The notes under the pieces: model-generated
What the model was told of the DNA's origin: nothing
Seen by the model: the letters and a program-made list of their open reading frames with translations, nothing else
The model's database searches: none
From: a bacterium
GTDB lineage: Bacteria; Patescibacteriota; Minisyncoccia; Phycocordibacterales; UBA1006
NCBI GenBank assembly: GCA_030433255.1
Contig: JAUIMI010000001.1
Location: 311,362 to 375,361, forward strand
Reading direction: 5' to 3'
DNA length: 64,000 nt
Shown here: positions 28,357 through 40,454 of the stretch, piece after piece
Position numbering within the stretch: the first letter of the stretch is position 1
How the letters are laid out: each line of letters starts with the position of its first letter
Translations under genes and position numbers: made by a program

Positions 28357-29034
28357 TTAAACTTTGTAATCATAGTTAGTTATTTTTCCATCTTCAAGAT
28401 AAATAATTCTATCACAGTATTTTGTATACTCTGGTTCGTGTGTCACCATTACAATAGTCTGACCTTTTTTATGTAATTCATGAAGTAATTCTATGACTTG
28501 TTTTGATGATGTTGAATCCAAGTTAGCAGTTGGTTCATCAGCAAATAAAATTTCTGGTTGTTGTACAATTGCACGAGCCACTGAAACTCGTTGTTGTTGG
28601 CCACCAGAAAGTTGGTTTGGCCTATTAGAATATTTCCCTTTCATGTCGATTGAATCAATTATGGTACGAGCTTTTTCTTTAGCTTTCTCATATGGTACAC
28701 CTTGCATAATTAATGGAATTGCAACATTTTCTTCTGCTGTTAATTCCGGAACAAGCGCGTAATCTTGAAAAATATATCCTAACTTACGTAAACGAAAATC
28801 TGTCCGTTCTGTTTCTGATAATTTTAAAATATCAATTTCATTAACGGCTATTGCACCAGTTGTTGGTTTATCTAATAAACTTATCTGATACAGTAACGTT
28901 GATTTCCCGGCTCCAGATTTACCCATAATAGCGATAAATTCTCCTGTATTAATTTCTAAATCAATACCCTTGAGTACTGGTGTTACTATTTCACCATTTA
29001 TATATGTTTTTGTGAGATTTTTTACAGTAATCAT
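28357..29034 (-). CDS. ABC transporter ATP-binding protein (MacB/LolD-like)
   Basis: [25 protein letters not shown]. Confidence 0.92.
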   Translation of the reverse strand: MITVKNLTKTYINGEIVTPVLKGIDLEINTGEFIAIMGKSGAGKSTLLYQISLLDKPTTGAIAVNEIDILKLSETERTDFRLRKLGYIFQDYALVPELTAEENVAIPLIMQGVPYEKAKEKARTIIDSIDMKGKYSNRPNQLSGGQQQRVSVARAIVQQPEILFADEPTANLDSTSSKQVIELLHELHKKGQTIVMVTHEPEYTKYCDRIIYLEDGKITNYDYKV

Positions 29035-29039
29035 AATGT

Positions 29040-30371
29040 TTATCGTTGAAGAATACTATCTAAGGTATTTTGCCTAACAATTATTCGTGCGGGTAGGAAT
29101 CCAGCAATCATAGTAACAAGTATTAATATAAAGGCTCGAATAAGAGTTGGCCCAACCTTAGCAACAAGTATTCCATCCGAAAATGGAAAATCTATTGGAT
29201 TTTGAATGAAAAACGGAACTAAAAATCCATAAAGAATAATTAATCCAAAACCAATCCCTAGTAATGCATAAAAAATTGATTGCATTACATAAGCAAATTC
29301 AATGGCACCTTCTGAAATCCCGATACCCTTAAGAATTCCAATGAATTTACGACGGGTAAGTGCATTAATATAAATAACAATAAAAATAGTAATTGATGAA
29401 ACGACTATACCGATAGCACCAATCATATTACCCAGCAAACCAAATGTCTCCTGAACATCAGAAAGAAATTTAGGAATAGCTTCAGTTGCTGTTTGGACTT
29501 TTGCATAAGTATCAAAACCATAAAAAAGTGCTAATTCCTTAAATTGTTCATCGGTAATAGTATCTGTGTGTTTAATTGCTATCTGTTGAGCTTGAAGACT
29601 TGTTTTTCGTGCTATACGTCTATAATCTTGCTCATTCATAAAAATTGCAGTTGATAATTCTCCAACCTTTGAATCAAGAATCCCCTTAACAATAAATTCA
29701 GAGGTTTGACCTGGTCTACTATCACCTTCTAAGAAGGCTTGATCTCGCTCAAGACCTTGAAGAGCATTACCTTGCAATGTTATACGAACAGGTTCCCCAA
29801 CTTCTACATTTTTCAATGGCTCAAATAAATCAGAGAATGCAGAATATTTTTCGAGAAGTGTCGCTCCGACGAGAACGTATCCTGATTCATTACTTTTTAA
29901 CATCTCACCCTCAACAATAAAATTTGAAATATTTGTAGTCTCTTCTTCTTGTTCTGGATGAATAGCATATGCAGAAATACTTAAATTCTCTGCATCTTTA
30001 GTAAAATCATCTCTTTTTATGTAACCAGCTTCAACGGTTGAACCTATTTGATAACGAACGGAGTAACTTTGAACCTCTGGTAGTGTATCTAGAACACGAA
30101 TAATATCCTGCGTATTGATAATACTTTCCTTATCACTTAGCGTTGTTAAATAGAGGTCACCAGTTAAGTGCTCTCTATTTTGTTCAAAGCTACCTTCTGT
30201 TAAACCAATCAGAATCCCAGGAATAACAACAAGAGAAAGAAATGTTAGGGTCATTATAGATATAATAAGAAGGTTAATCCAAATACTTCCATGTTTAATC
30301 TGACGTATCCCTAAAAAAGAACCTACTTTTGAAAAACGAAGATATTTTTTAATCAATGAAAGTGCTGCCAT
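29040..30371 (-). CDS. ABC transporter permease (MacB/FtsX-like)
   Basis: One TM, large extracytoplasmic domain, three TMs; RRKFIGILKGIG; FLPAR. Confidence 0.85.
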   Translation of the reverse strand: MAALSLIKKYLRFSKVGSFLGIRQIKHGSIWINLLIISIMTLTFLSLVVIPGILIGLTEGSFEQNREHLTGDLYLTTLSDKESIINTQDIIRVLDTLPEVQSYSVRYQIGSTVEAGYIKRDDFTKDAENLSISAYAIHPEQEEETTNISNFIVEGEMLKSNESGYVLVGATLLEKYSAFSDLFEPLKNVEVGEPVRITLQGNALQGLERDQAFLEGDSRPGQTSEFIVKGILDSKVGELSTAIFMNEQDYRRIARKTSLQAQQIAIKHTDTITDEQFKELALFYGFDTYAKVQTATEAIPKFLSDVQETFGLLGNMIGAIGIVVSSITIFIVIYINALTRRKFIGILKGIGISEGAIEFAYVMQSIFYALLGIGFGLIILYGFLVPFFIQNPIDFPFSDGILVAKVGPTLIRAFILILVTMIAGFLPARIIVRQNTLDSILQR

Positions 30372-30372
30372 A

Positions 30373-31824
30373 TTAATTATTCTCTAATACAACAATATCA
30401 CCGGTTGTTAAACCATCTACAATTTCGACAAGCCCTTCATTCCCTTGTAATCCAATAGTTACCTTTCGTTTCTCAAATTTATATGGCGTATCGCTTGTCT
30501 TAATAAGAACTGAAGAACTATCTGATTCATTTGTAATATAGTGTACTGGAATAGCAAGAACATCATTTCGTTCTTCAGATATAATTTCTGCTTTAGCGTT
30601 CATTCCTACTCGTATTCGTGGGTCGTCCCCAGAAATTGTTATCTCAGTTTCATATACAGGGATACCATCGACTTCAGTATCTATAAAATCAATAAAAGAA
30701 ACTTCACCATCAAATATGATATCTTCATATGCATCAAGTGTTATTGAAACAGTATCACCAACTTGAATTTTATTAATATAAATTTCTGGAGTTTTTAGGT
30801 TTAATTCTTTGGTCTCGTCTTTAAACATAACAATCTGTGGTGTAAATGCACTAACAATTTCTCCTTGGATAAGTTCATTTTTTGCAATAATTCCATCAAA
30901 AGGAGCACGAATCTTCCCGTCTCCAAGTTGTGCAGCAACAGCATTTACTTGCGCACGAGCCTGAGCTTGCCGTGCCTCATCGCGTGTTACGAGGGTTTGA
31001 TTATCGGTTCCTGTTATTCGATCTACATTATTTTTTGCATCATTAATAAGACGTTCCCTAGTTGCAACAGCTGATTGATAGGCATTTTTACGTGTTGTGT
31101 ATGTTGTTGAACGTGTATTAGGTACTGGTACAATCCATTCTGTATTCGAGTATGAGGTATCAGGATCAATTTGAATATATAACCCTAGTTCACCTAATTT
31201 ACCTGCTTGAAACTCTTCAGCTGTATATGTTCCCGATTCTAAGCCAGACAGTTTAAATGAATATCCAGATGGTGCAGATGATTTATACATTTCAATAATA
31301 TATTCACCTTCTACTTCACCAAGGTATGAACCACTGATAGTTGGTGCGATTTTATTTGTTGGATTTTCATCTAAATCGTAGGCTTGCAAATCACCTGAAA
31401 GATATTGAGTGTATAGACCACTGACAATAGTGTTTTGTTCTTGGGTCAAAGTCTCAAGGCTTGTTTGTGCTGAAATTATATCAGAAGAAGTATCAACACG
31501 CGTAAGTGAATAATTAGCTTGAGCTTGTGAAAGATCTGCGGTTAATCTATTTTGTTCAATTTCAGCAATAATTTGACCTTCTTTTACATAATCGCCAACA
31601 TTATAATTAACATTTTTAACTCGGCCGGATGAAGCAAACCCGAGATCAACACGTTTTGTAGCATCAATAGTTCCAGCTAAAAGCAAGGTATCAGATACCG
31701 TAGTTTTTTTAACATAGTATTCTGTATAGTTATTATTATTTTTTTTTGCAAAAACAATTAATCCAAGAACAACGAGTAAAATAATTACCAAGATAATATA
31801 TCGTTTTTTTATTTTTTTTATCAT
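30373..31824 (-). CDS. MacA-like membrane fusion/adaptor protein
   Basis: SGRV...VGD.VKEGQ, IRAPFDG, GMNAKAEI, GL..GD.V. Confidence 0.85.
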   Translation of the reverse strand: MIKKIKKRYIILVIILLVVLGLIVFAKKNNNNYTEYYVKKTTVSDTLLLAGTIDATKRVDLGFASSGRVKNVNYNVGDYVKEGQIIAEIEQNRLTADLSQAQANYSLTRVDTSSDIISAQTSLETLTQEQNTIVSGLYTQYLSGDLQAYDLDENPTNKIAPTISGSYLGEVEGEYIIEMYKSSAPSGYSFKLSGLESGTYTAEEFQAGKLGELGLYIQIDPDTSYSNTEWIVPVPNTRSTTYTTRKNAYQSAVATRERLINDAKNNVDRITGTDNQTLVTRDEARQAQARAQVNAVAAQLGDGKIRAPFDGIIAKNELIQGEIVSAFTPQIVMFKDETKELNLKTPEIYINKIQVGDTVSITLDAYEDIIFDGEVSFIDFIDTEVDGIPVYETEITISGDDPRIRVGMNAKAEIISEERNDVLAIPVHYITNESDSSSVLIKTSDTPYKFEKRKVTIGLQGNEGLVEIVDGLTTGDIVVLENN

Positions 31825-31829
31825 ATTTT

Positions 31830-32117
31830 TTAATTTAAATAGGTATTAAGACCAAGCCACGCAACTACAGTATTTAACCACTCTGCGTCTGATGTTTTTA
31901 TTAAATAACTAAACAATGCAATAAATACAGCGAAAATGATAGTTGCCCCAATAGTTCTTCCTAGTCCTGAGATAATACCATTCCAAAAAATTCGTATTTG
32001 TGAATTTTGTTTGTGAACCTCTTTGTTTAACTCCTCTACTTCATGACTTAACTCTTCAGCAAGTTCAACAGTATGTTCCATATTGAGTTTTTTAGAAATT
32101 TCTACATCCTTATCCAT
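31830..32117 (-). CDS. Small membrane protein (DUF5665-like)
   Basis: FWNGIISGLGRTIGATIIFA; ATG 7 nt after TATAAT. Confidence 0.65.
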   Translation of the reverse strand: MDKDVEISKKLNMEHTVELAEELSHEVEELNKEVHKQNSQIRIFWNGIISGLGRTIGATIIFAVFIALFSYLIKTSDAEWLNTVVAWLGLNTYLN

Positions 32118-32430
32118 GTACACTATTATATCAAAATTATTATTTTGTGGATAAATTATTAGACAATAGAGATTATTTAATTAATATAATACATAGATTA
32201 CTTCATAAAACGATGTCAGGTATGAAGTATCCTTCAATTTAATATTTTGTTAAGGCACCTTTTTCTGTAAGATTAAGTATTATTCAAATTATTTTTTAAG
32301 TGTTAGTAAGTTTAATTCGAAAACTTAGTTGGATACCAAAAAAGACCTTAACCTTATAAACCTCTTACTCTTTGTTCTAAAGAATAAGAGGTTTTTTCTT
32401 TATTATAAAAAAACACCATAAGGTGTTTTT

Positions 32431-33105
32431 TTAATTGAGAAGGTATCGTAATGTTGAAACAACTCGGATTTTTTTATACTCTGGTGAACCTGGGTCTTTG
32501 TCGGTAATACTAAACACGCCTTGGTTTGCTCGAGCAATATCACCAACACGAACCCCTGAATCATTTGCAAATTGCTCTGCTGAATCTCGAGCATTTGCAA
32601 TTGCCTCTGCTAACATTTCTGGTTTTATTGAATTTAAATCAGAGAATTCAAAATTGATATATGAACCGCTCATAACAATCCCTTTTTGAACTAGACTGAG
32701 GGTGTTTTGAGATGTTGTTCGTACTAAATCAACCTTATCGGTGTAAATAGACATAGAAACCCGAGCATTATATCGATACTGTGCTCCTTGGTAGGTGTCC
32801 TGGTAGGTATCAACTGGTGCTACAGAAATTTCTGAATCTTCAAATCCTGCCTCTTTCAGAAATTGCTCTACGTTATTAATATTTTTTTCAATTTGATTAA
32901 ATAAATCACTACTATCATTTGATTTAACTTCAAAATTAATTGGCCAAATAGCACGATCTGCCTTAACAATTCGTTCCGAGAGACCTTTTACCTCTACATA
33001 TTTTCCTTGATTTGAGAAACGTTTTGCCGAAATTGAGAATATCAAACTGGCAATGATAATTGCCCCTGCAATTATTCCTATAATTATTTTAGTATTTTTG
33101 TTCAT
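32431..33105 (-). CDS. SIMPL (DUF541) domain protein
   Basis: V.VKGLSER.VKAD, KPEMLAEA..NAR..AEQFA, ANQG.FSI, KK.RVV. Confidence 0.88.
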   Translation of the reverse strand: MNKNTKIIIGIIAGAIIIASLIFSISAKRFSNQGKYVEVKGLSERIVKADRAIWPINFEVKSNDSSDLFNQIEKNINNVEQFLKEAGFEDSEISVAPVDTYQDTYQGAQYRYNARVSMSIYTDKVDLVRTTSQNTLSLVQKGIVMSGSYINFEFSDLNSIKPEMLAEAIANARDSAEQFANDSGVRVGDIARANQGVFSITDKDPGSPEYKKIRVVSTLRYLLN

Positions 33106-33157
33106 ATATCGTGATTATATCACTAGAAAAAACAAAAACCAGAAATAAATCTGATTT

Positions 33158-33583
33158 TTATCTTCGTTGATTTTTTTCGGTAAGCTTTACTCGATTTAAC
33201 TCCTTAGCAATATCGCGCTCTAGTTTATTATAATCAACGTTATCAACATCTGATGAATTGTTTTTAATATCCTCTGCACGTTTTAGAGCTTCTTTTGCAC
33301 GCTCGATATCAATTTCACTTGCGTTCTCACTTCTGTCAGAGAGAATAACAACCTTGTTATCGTGACGTACCTCTAGAATTCCTCCATCAATTGCATAGTA
33401 TACTTCATGACCATCATTTTTTACCATTACTTGACCTATTTCTAGTGTCGTAATTAATGGAATATGGTCAGGAAGAATAGTTAATTCACCAACTGATGTA
33501 GTGACCGTTAATTGATCAATATCGTTAGTGTAAACCGTTCTCAGTGGAGTTGTAATCGTAAGGTGTAGTTTTTTATCTGACAT
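33158..33583 (-). CDS. atpC: ATP synthase epsilon subunit
   Basis: GELTILPDH.P, GG.LEV, IDIERA; operon position. Confidence 0.93.
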   Translation of the reverse strand: MSDKKLHLTITTPLRTVYTNDIDQLTVTTSVGELTILPDHIPLITTLEIGQVMVKNDGHEVYYAIDGGILEVRHDNKVVILSDRSENASEIDIERAKEALKRAEDIKNNSSDVDNVDYNKLERDIAKELNRVKLTEKNQRR

Positions 33584-33595
33584 ACTCCTCGTTGA

Positions 33596-35008
<1,413 letters not shown>

Positions 35009-35023
35009 TTAATGTTTCCGAGA

Positions 35024-35905
35024 TTATGACACTGCCGCAGATCCTCCAACAATTTCTGAGATTTCTTGGGTAATTGCAGCTTGTCGTGCTCGGTTATAGT
35101 TCAGTTTGAGTTCATCTAGCATTTCAACAGCATTATCTGAGGCATTTCTCATTGCCATAACACGAGAGCTATGCTCTGAGGCTAGTGACTCAAGTAGTAA
35201 TTGATAGATAACAGTCATAAGAACTGCAGGTACTGCCTTATTGAGTACTTCTTGTTCATTTGGTTCAAAACTATATAAAGCAAACTTTCGTTTTGCGTTT
35301 GTAGTATTTTCAATATGAGCTAATTTTTCTGCAGTATCAACATTAAGTGGAATAAATGGTGTTATCTGGGCTTCAAAAGCAAGCGATGATACAAATTTTG
35401 TATACGCAATAACAACCTCTCGATAATTATCATTATCATATTGTTGTGTTATGGAGTGAAGGAATGAACGTACTTCACTAGCAGTGTAATAATCAGAAAA
35501 TTCAGTAAAGCTTGCAACAATATTGATATTATTTCGTTTCGCTATTTTTTCTGATTGTTTACCTACCACAATTGCATCAATTGTTACTTCGCTATTTGTA
35601 TCGATAAAACGAGTAACTTGTTTTGATACGTTCATATTGTATCCACCACAGAGTCCTTTGTTTGAAGCAATAATTACCATTAATACCTTATTTCCATCTC
35701 GGGATTCGAGGTATGGATGTGATAACTTTTTATGAACATGTAAATTTTCAAGTAGTTCGAATGAACGTTCAGCAAACACATCAGATGCTAATCGTTTTTG
35801 AACTGATTTTTTCATTTTTGATACTGAAATCATTTCCATTGCTTTGGTAATTTTTCCAATGTTTTGAACTGATTTCATTTTTTGTTTAATCGTTTTTGTT
35901 TGCAT
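35024..35905 (-). CDS. atpG: ATP synthase gamma subunit
   Basis: ITKAM, KGLCG, NRARQAAITQEI. Confidence 0.96.
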   Translation of the reverse strand: MQTKTIKQKMKSVQNIGKITKAMEMISVSKMKKSVQKRLASDVFAERSFELLENLHVHKKLSHPYLESRDGNKVLMVIIASNKGLCGGYNMNVSKQVTRFIDTNSEVTIDAIVVGKQSEKIAKRNNINIVASFTEFSDYYTASEVRSFLHSITQQYDNDNYREVVIAYTKFVSSLAFEAQITPFIPLNVDTAEKLAHIENTTNAKRKFALYSFEPNEQEVLNKAVPAVLMTVIYQLLLESLASEHSSRVMAMRNASDNAVEMLDELKLNYNRARQAAITQEISEIVGGSAAVS

Positions 35906-35930
35906 AGCCTTGTATTATGGCGTAAGCCGA

Positions 35931-37427
35931 TTAAGCATTAAATGTATCGTTAAATTCCTTGATTGCTTGCTGTAATTCTGATTGAACGTCATCCGTCCAA
36001 CCTGAAGCAATTCCATCAAGTAGTGATGATTTTGATGCGTCTAAAAATGAATAAAATCCTTCTTCCCACTTTTGAACTTCTTCTTTTTTAACAGAATCCA
36101 ATAACCCATTATTAAGTGCATAAATTGATGCTACTTGCTTTGACATAATGATTGGACTGTATTGTTTTTGCTTCAGTAGTTCTACAGATTTTGCTCCATG
36201 ATCAAGAGTTTTCTTGGTTTGTGGATCAAGATCAGAACCAAATTGAGCAAATGACTCTAATTCTCGATATTGAGCAAGTCCTAGCTTCATTGGACCAGCT
36301 GTTTTTTTCATTGCTTTAGCTTGGGCAGAACCTCCAACACGAGATACTGATAATCCTACATTAATCGCAGGTCGAATACCTTTGTTAAATAGTCCAGCTT
36401 CCAAGAAAATTTGACCGTCAGTAATAGAAATCACATTGGTTGGAATATAAGCTGAAACATCTCCTCCTTGTGTCTCAATAACTGGTAATGCAGTAATTGA
36501 ACCACCTCCATTTTCGTTATTTAAACGACATGCTCGTTCTAGTAAACGTGAGTGAAGATAGAAAACATCTCCCGGGTATGCTTCACGCCCTGGTGGACGT
36601 CGTAATAATAGTGAAATTTCACGATATGCTGCAGCGTGTTTGGTTAAATCATCATAAATAACCAATACATCTTCTCCTTTGTCTAAAAAGTATTCTGCAA
36701 TAGCAACTCCTGCGTATGGTGCAATATACTGTAACGATGACGGATCAGAAGCTCCAGCTAACACTACCGTGGTGTAGTCCATTGCTCCAGCCTCTTCAAG
36801 CTTTTGAACAACACGCATTACTTTTGATTTCTTTTGACCAATAGCAACATATACACATTTCATATTTTGCCCTTTTTGATTGATAATTGTATCAATTGCA
36901 AGTGCAGTTTTACCAGTTTGACGATCTCCAATGATTAATTCACGTTGACCTCTCCCAACTGGAACCAATGCGTCAATTACCTTGATACCTGTTTGCATAG
37001 GAACTGAAACTGGTTCACGTGTCATAACTCCTGGCGCAACACGTTCAATCAATTGCTCCGTATCAGTAGCAATGTCACCTTTTCCATCGATAGCTTTTGC
37101 TAGTGGGTTAACCACACGACCAATAATTGCATCTCCTACTGGAATTGAAAGGATTTTTCCTGTTCGTTTTGCTGTATCACCTTCTTTCACTGAAAGATAA
37201 TCACCAAGAACAATAATACCAACCGTATCTTCTTCCAGGTTCAGAGCAACACCTATTGTTCCATTCTGAAACTCAATCATTTCCGAAGCCTTACATTGTG
37301 AAAGCCCTGATACACGCGCAATACCATCTCCGATAGCTTGTACGATACCGTATTCCGTAACATCAACATCAGGTTGAAAATTTGAGATTTCTTTTTCTAG
37401 TTTTTTTACAAGTGTTTCTGTATTCAT
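35931..37427 (-). CDS. atpA: ATP synthase alpha subunit
   Basis: [29 protein letters not shown]. Confidence 0.98.
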   Translation of the reverse strand: MNTETLVKKLEKEISNFQPDVDVTEYGIVQAIGDGIARVSGLSQCKASEMIEFQNGTIGVALNLEEDTVGIIVLGDYLSVKEGDTAKRTGKILSIPVGDAIIGRVVNPLAKAIDGKGDIATDTEQLIERVAPGVMTREPVSVPMQTGIKVIDALVPVGRGQRELIIGDRQTGKTALAIDTIINQKGQNMKCVYVAIGQKKSKVMRVVQKLEEAGAMDYTTVVLAGASDPSSLQYIAPYAGVAIAEYFLDKGEDVLVIYDDLTKHAAAYREISLLLRRPPGREAYPGDVFYLHSRLLERACRLNNENGGGSITALPVIETQGGDVSAYIPTNVISITDGQIFLEAGLFNKGIRPAINVGLSVSRVGGSAQAKAMKKTAGPMKLGLAQYRELESFAQFGSDLDPQTKKTLDHGAKSVELLKQKQYSPIIMSKQVASIYALNNGLLDSVKKEEVQKWEEGFYSFLDASKSSLLDGIASGWTDDVQSELQQAIKEFNDTFNA

Positions 37428-37433
37428 AATAAA

Positions 37434-37811
37434 TTATTTTGTTAACACATTTTTAAATTGAGTTAATTGATTGTCTAAACTACCATCATAAAGAAATCCT
37501 TTATAAGTTGCAGAAAAACCTCCAATAACTGATTCATCAATGTGTTGCTCTATGTGTGCAGATTCTGCACCTGTTAGAGTTTGAATATGCTGTATATCAG
37601 CTTCTGATAGTTCAAATTTACTACGAATTCGTAATACGTTTGATTCAGCTGATTGTTTAGTTATTCGCTCTACATGAGCAATAACTTGTGGTAAGAGACC
37701 TCGTAAATTGTTTTTTTCAAGGTACTCTATAAATTTTTTGATGCGCTCATCTGCATCTGGCTTGGTAGCAAGCTCAAGCACAGTACGTGCAAGGGTTCGT
37801 GAATCTACCAT
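37434..37811 (-). CDS. atpH: ATP synthase delta subunit (short)
   Basis: DESVIGG...YDGS; located between atpF and atpA. Confidence 0.85.
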   Translation of the reverse strand: MVDSRTLARTVLELATKPDADERIKKFIEYLEKNNLRGLLPQVIAHVERITKQSAESNVLRIRSKFELSEADIQHIQTLTGAESAHIEQHIDESVIGGFSATYKGFLYDGSLDNQLTQFKNVLTK

Positions 37812-37814
37812 AGA

Positions 37815-38318
37815 TTATTTTTGATTAAGTAAATCAAGTGCTCGTTTTGATAATTCAGCGTTCTTTGATTCAGTAACATCTTCACCAAGAATCTTTTGAA
37901 CACCAAGAGCAACTAAACCAGCTGTTTTCTCAAACAACTCTTTTTCCATAGCTGTTTTATTTTTATCAATTTGTGCTTGAGCCTTATCTAAAATAGCTTG
38001 TGCTTCATTGGTAGCTGTATCTTGTGCATGGGCTACCTGATCATCAGCTGTTTCTTTGGCTTTCGCTACAATTTGATTTGCTTCGTTTCGTGCTGATTTA
38101 ATTAATTCTTCTGCTTTTTGTTTTGCAACAAGAAGCTCTGTTTCTGATTGTTGTGCTTGATCGATTCCAGCTTGGATTTTTTCTGTTCGAGCTGCAATAG
38201 TTTTACGTACTGGCCCAAATACCCACTTTTTGAGAATCCAAAAAATAATCAGAAAATTAATAAAATTTACAAGCGCAATTTGCCAATCAAAACCAATATT
38301 ATTTAATACTTCCATCAT
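37815..38318 (-). CDS. atpF: ATP synthase b subunit
   Basis: INFLI...P...R..KI, coiled coil. Confidence 0.92.
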   Translation of the reverse strand: MMEVLNNIGFDWQIALVNFINFLIIFWILKKWVFGPVRKTIAARTEKIQAGIDQAQQSETELLVAKQKAEELIKSARNEANQIVAKAKETADDQVAHAQDTATNEAQAILDKAQAQIDKNKTAMEKELFEKTAGLVALGVQKILGEDVTESKNAELSKRALDLLNQK

Positions 38319-38350
38319 AGTGGTTTAGTTTGTTATGCGTGTAATTATCC

Positions 38351-38566
38351 CTAGATAAGGAAGAATGCTACTAATGCGTAAATAGCTGCTGACTCAACAA
38401 GAGCTACTCCAACAATCATTTTAGTAAAGATATCTCCAGCTGCTTCTGGGTTTCGACCCATTGCTTCTAATGCTTTTCCTACTAAGTACCCTTCCCCAAT
38501 CGCTGAACCAAACATTGATAATGTTGCCATTCCTTTTGCGATGTATTTTGCTGCTTCTGCTTCCAT
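38351..38566 (-). CDS. atpE: ATP synthase c subunit
   Basis: Helical hairpin, RNPE loop, conserved Glu in VESAAIY. Confidence 0.95.
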   Translation of the reverse strand: MEAEAAKYIAKGMATLSMFGSAIGEGYLVGKALEAMGRNPEAAGDIFTKMIVGVALVESAAIYALVAFFLI

Positions 38567-38647
38567 AATATGTTTTAAAAAATAAATTAAATAAATTAAA
38601 TAAATGTTATTTGTTATTCAAATTAATATACGATTTTGAATAACAAA

Positions 38648-39448
38648 TTAATTGTTTTTTTTGCTTAACTCTTCTATTGGTTTTAAAGAAAGAGTGTAGT
38701 ATACCGCTACCAGCGATGCAAACACCATTCCTTGAAGAATTCCTGTAAAGCCACTCATAATTGTCCATACTGCAGGTAATACATATGCAAATGAACCAAT
38801 GATGATAATAGCGAGTACCTGACCTGCATAGACATTACCAAATAAACGAAATGATAATGAAACAATCTTTGCTAATTCTCCAATGATATCCAAAAGTCCA
38901 ACAAAAAATTTAATAAAACCAACAAACCCTTCCATTAATCCTTGCTTAAACCCTTTAATAATTTCTTTAAAATTAAAGAAATTACCTAGGTACCCAAGGA
39001 AACCATACTCTTGCAAAGAAATATAGTTCAATGCAATAACTGATGCCAATGAAACACCAAGAGCTGTATTAAAATCAGATGTTGGTGTTCTAAAGATAGC
39101 AATACCATTATATGTAATATCAGTAAGACCAGGTATAATAGCAATTACATTTGCAACTGCAAAATATACAAGTATGGTCGCTATAACAGGAAAAATCCTT
39201 TCTGCGTGATAGCGGTTACCGGTAATTTGTTCAACAAGACCAACGATTGATTCATATATCATTTCAATAATTGATTGAAATGATCCAGGAATAAGGGTAA
39301 ATTTACGTACAACAAATATTCCAAGTGCTAAAAATAATAAAGCAATAAAAATAATCATTAAGGTTGAATTTGCAATTCCGAAATTACCAATAGAAAATAC
39401 AATGTCAGGTTGGATTGGAGTTAATGCTCTTTCAAATCCTAAACTCAT
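38648..39448 (-). CDS. atpB: ATP synthase a subunit
   Basis: PTSD.N, SLSFRLFGN, LQ..VF. Confidence 0.95.
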   Translation of the reverse strand: MSLGFERALTPIQPDIVFSIGNFGIANSTLMIIFIALLFLALGIFVVRKFTLIPGSFQSIIEMIYESIVGLVEQITGNRYHAERIFPVIATILVYFAVANVIAIIPGLTDITYNGIAIFRTPTSDFNTALGVSLASVIALNYISLQEYGFLGYLGNFFNFKEIIKGFKQGLMEGFVGFIKFFVGLLDIIGELAKIVSLSFRLFGNVYAGQVLAIIIIGSFAYVLPAVWTIMSGFTGILQGMVFASLVAVYYTLSLKPIEELSKKNN

Positions 39449-39454
39449 AAATAA

Positions 39455-39769
39455 CTATTTGTTTTCAAGGAGGCTATTGCTCTCCTCTGATTTACTTTCT
39501 TGTTCACGTAGCTCTTTAATCTTGTTATCAAGCTCACGTACCTCTTTTGAAATTTTTCTATAAAGAATAATAACGCCAGTCCAAGAAATAATAAAAGCCA
39601 GAGGAAATAAATAAAAATACGATATGTCTAGATACCAGTGTATTACTATAGCTAACACTATTGGTACGAGAAATATAGCTGCTATTTGTATACCTAAATG
39701 TAAAATTTTACCAGCATACGCATCACGTTTTTTTATAAGTTTCTCTAGCTCCATAATAAAATATGACAT
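39455..39769 (-). CDS. AtpZ/AtpI-like membrane protein
   Basis: Two TMs; first gene of the atp operon; start probably slightly downstream. Confidence 0.55.
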   Translation of the reverse strand: MSYFIMELEKLIKKRDAYAGKILHLGIQIAAIFLVPIVLAIVIHWYLDISYFYLFPLAFIISWTGVIILYRKISKEVRELDNKIKELREQESKSEESNSLLENK

Positions 39770-39840
39770 CGCGTCTAAACAATGTCGCGCTCAGTATAGC
39801 ATGAGAGTTGATATGGGCAAGAAAAAACCCATATATTAAA

Positions 39841-40218
39841 TTAATATGGGTTCTCATTTGGTTTTAATGAAATTGGTTCAAAAATTAATGATACATTTTG
39901 TTCATAATGAACTTGTTGTTTGTTTTTAAAAGATATAAAACTATCTTTTAAATCTAAAAATTTAACTTTTTTAACCTCAACCAGATAAATCTTATTATAA
40001 ATTACATAACCAAAAATTTTTCTCTGAATTTTGCGTTTTTTATAAATAGATTTAAACCTTCTTAATACCTCTGTCTTGGTAATTTCACGCATTGGTGAAC
40101 CTTCTCTTACAAGACATTCATCATCCACATCAACATACACATATGCAGTGGATTCATCTAGTAACTCATCTTGTTCTTTTCCAAAAACAAAATAAAAGAA
40201 TTTCAAAAATCTGTTCAT
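39841..40218 (-). CDS. Hypothetical protein (AT-rich ORFan)
   Basis: 125-aa ORF next to tRNA-Ile. Confidence 0.5.
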   Translation of the reverse strand: MNRFLKFFYFVFGKEQDELLDESTAYVYVDVDDECLVREGSPMREITKTEVLRRFKSIYKKRKIQRKIFGYVIYNKIYLVEVKKVKFLDLKDSFISFKNKQQVHYEQNVSLIFEPISLKPNENPY

Positions 40219-40302
40219 ATTATTTAATTTTAGGGAGTAAAAATTATTTATCTAAATTATAACAAACAAAAAACAACATAACAAAATTATGTTGTTTTTT
40301 TG

Positions 40303-40376
40303 TGCGCATGCTAGGACTTGAACCTAGGACCTCGTCATTATCAGTGACGCGCTCTAACCACCTGAGCTACACGCGC
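40303..40376 (-). tRNA. tRNA-Ile(GAT), CCA not encoded
   Basis: Reverse complement GCGCGTGTAGCTCAGGTGGTTAGAGCGCGTCACTGATAATGACGAGGTCCTAGGTTCAAGTCCTAGCATGCGCA. Confidence 0.95.
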
Positions 40377-40454
40377 AAATTCAATTAACTGAAACCTCAG
40401 TCGATTGAAATAGTATATCAAAAATATGATTTTTGCAAATACAAAATATTATGA

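Noticed and set aside
32146-32154. Perfect DnaA box TGTGGATAA
   Set aside because: Single copy, no cluster or dnaA nearby, and the region looks terminus-proximal
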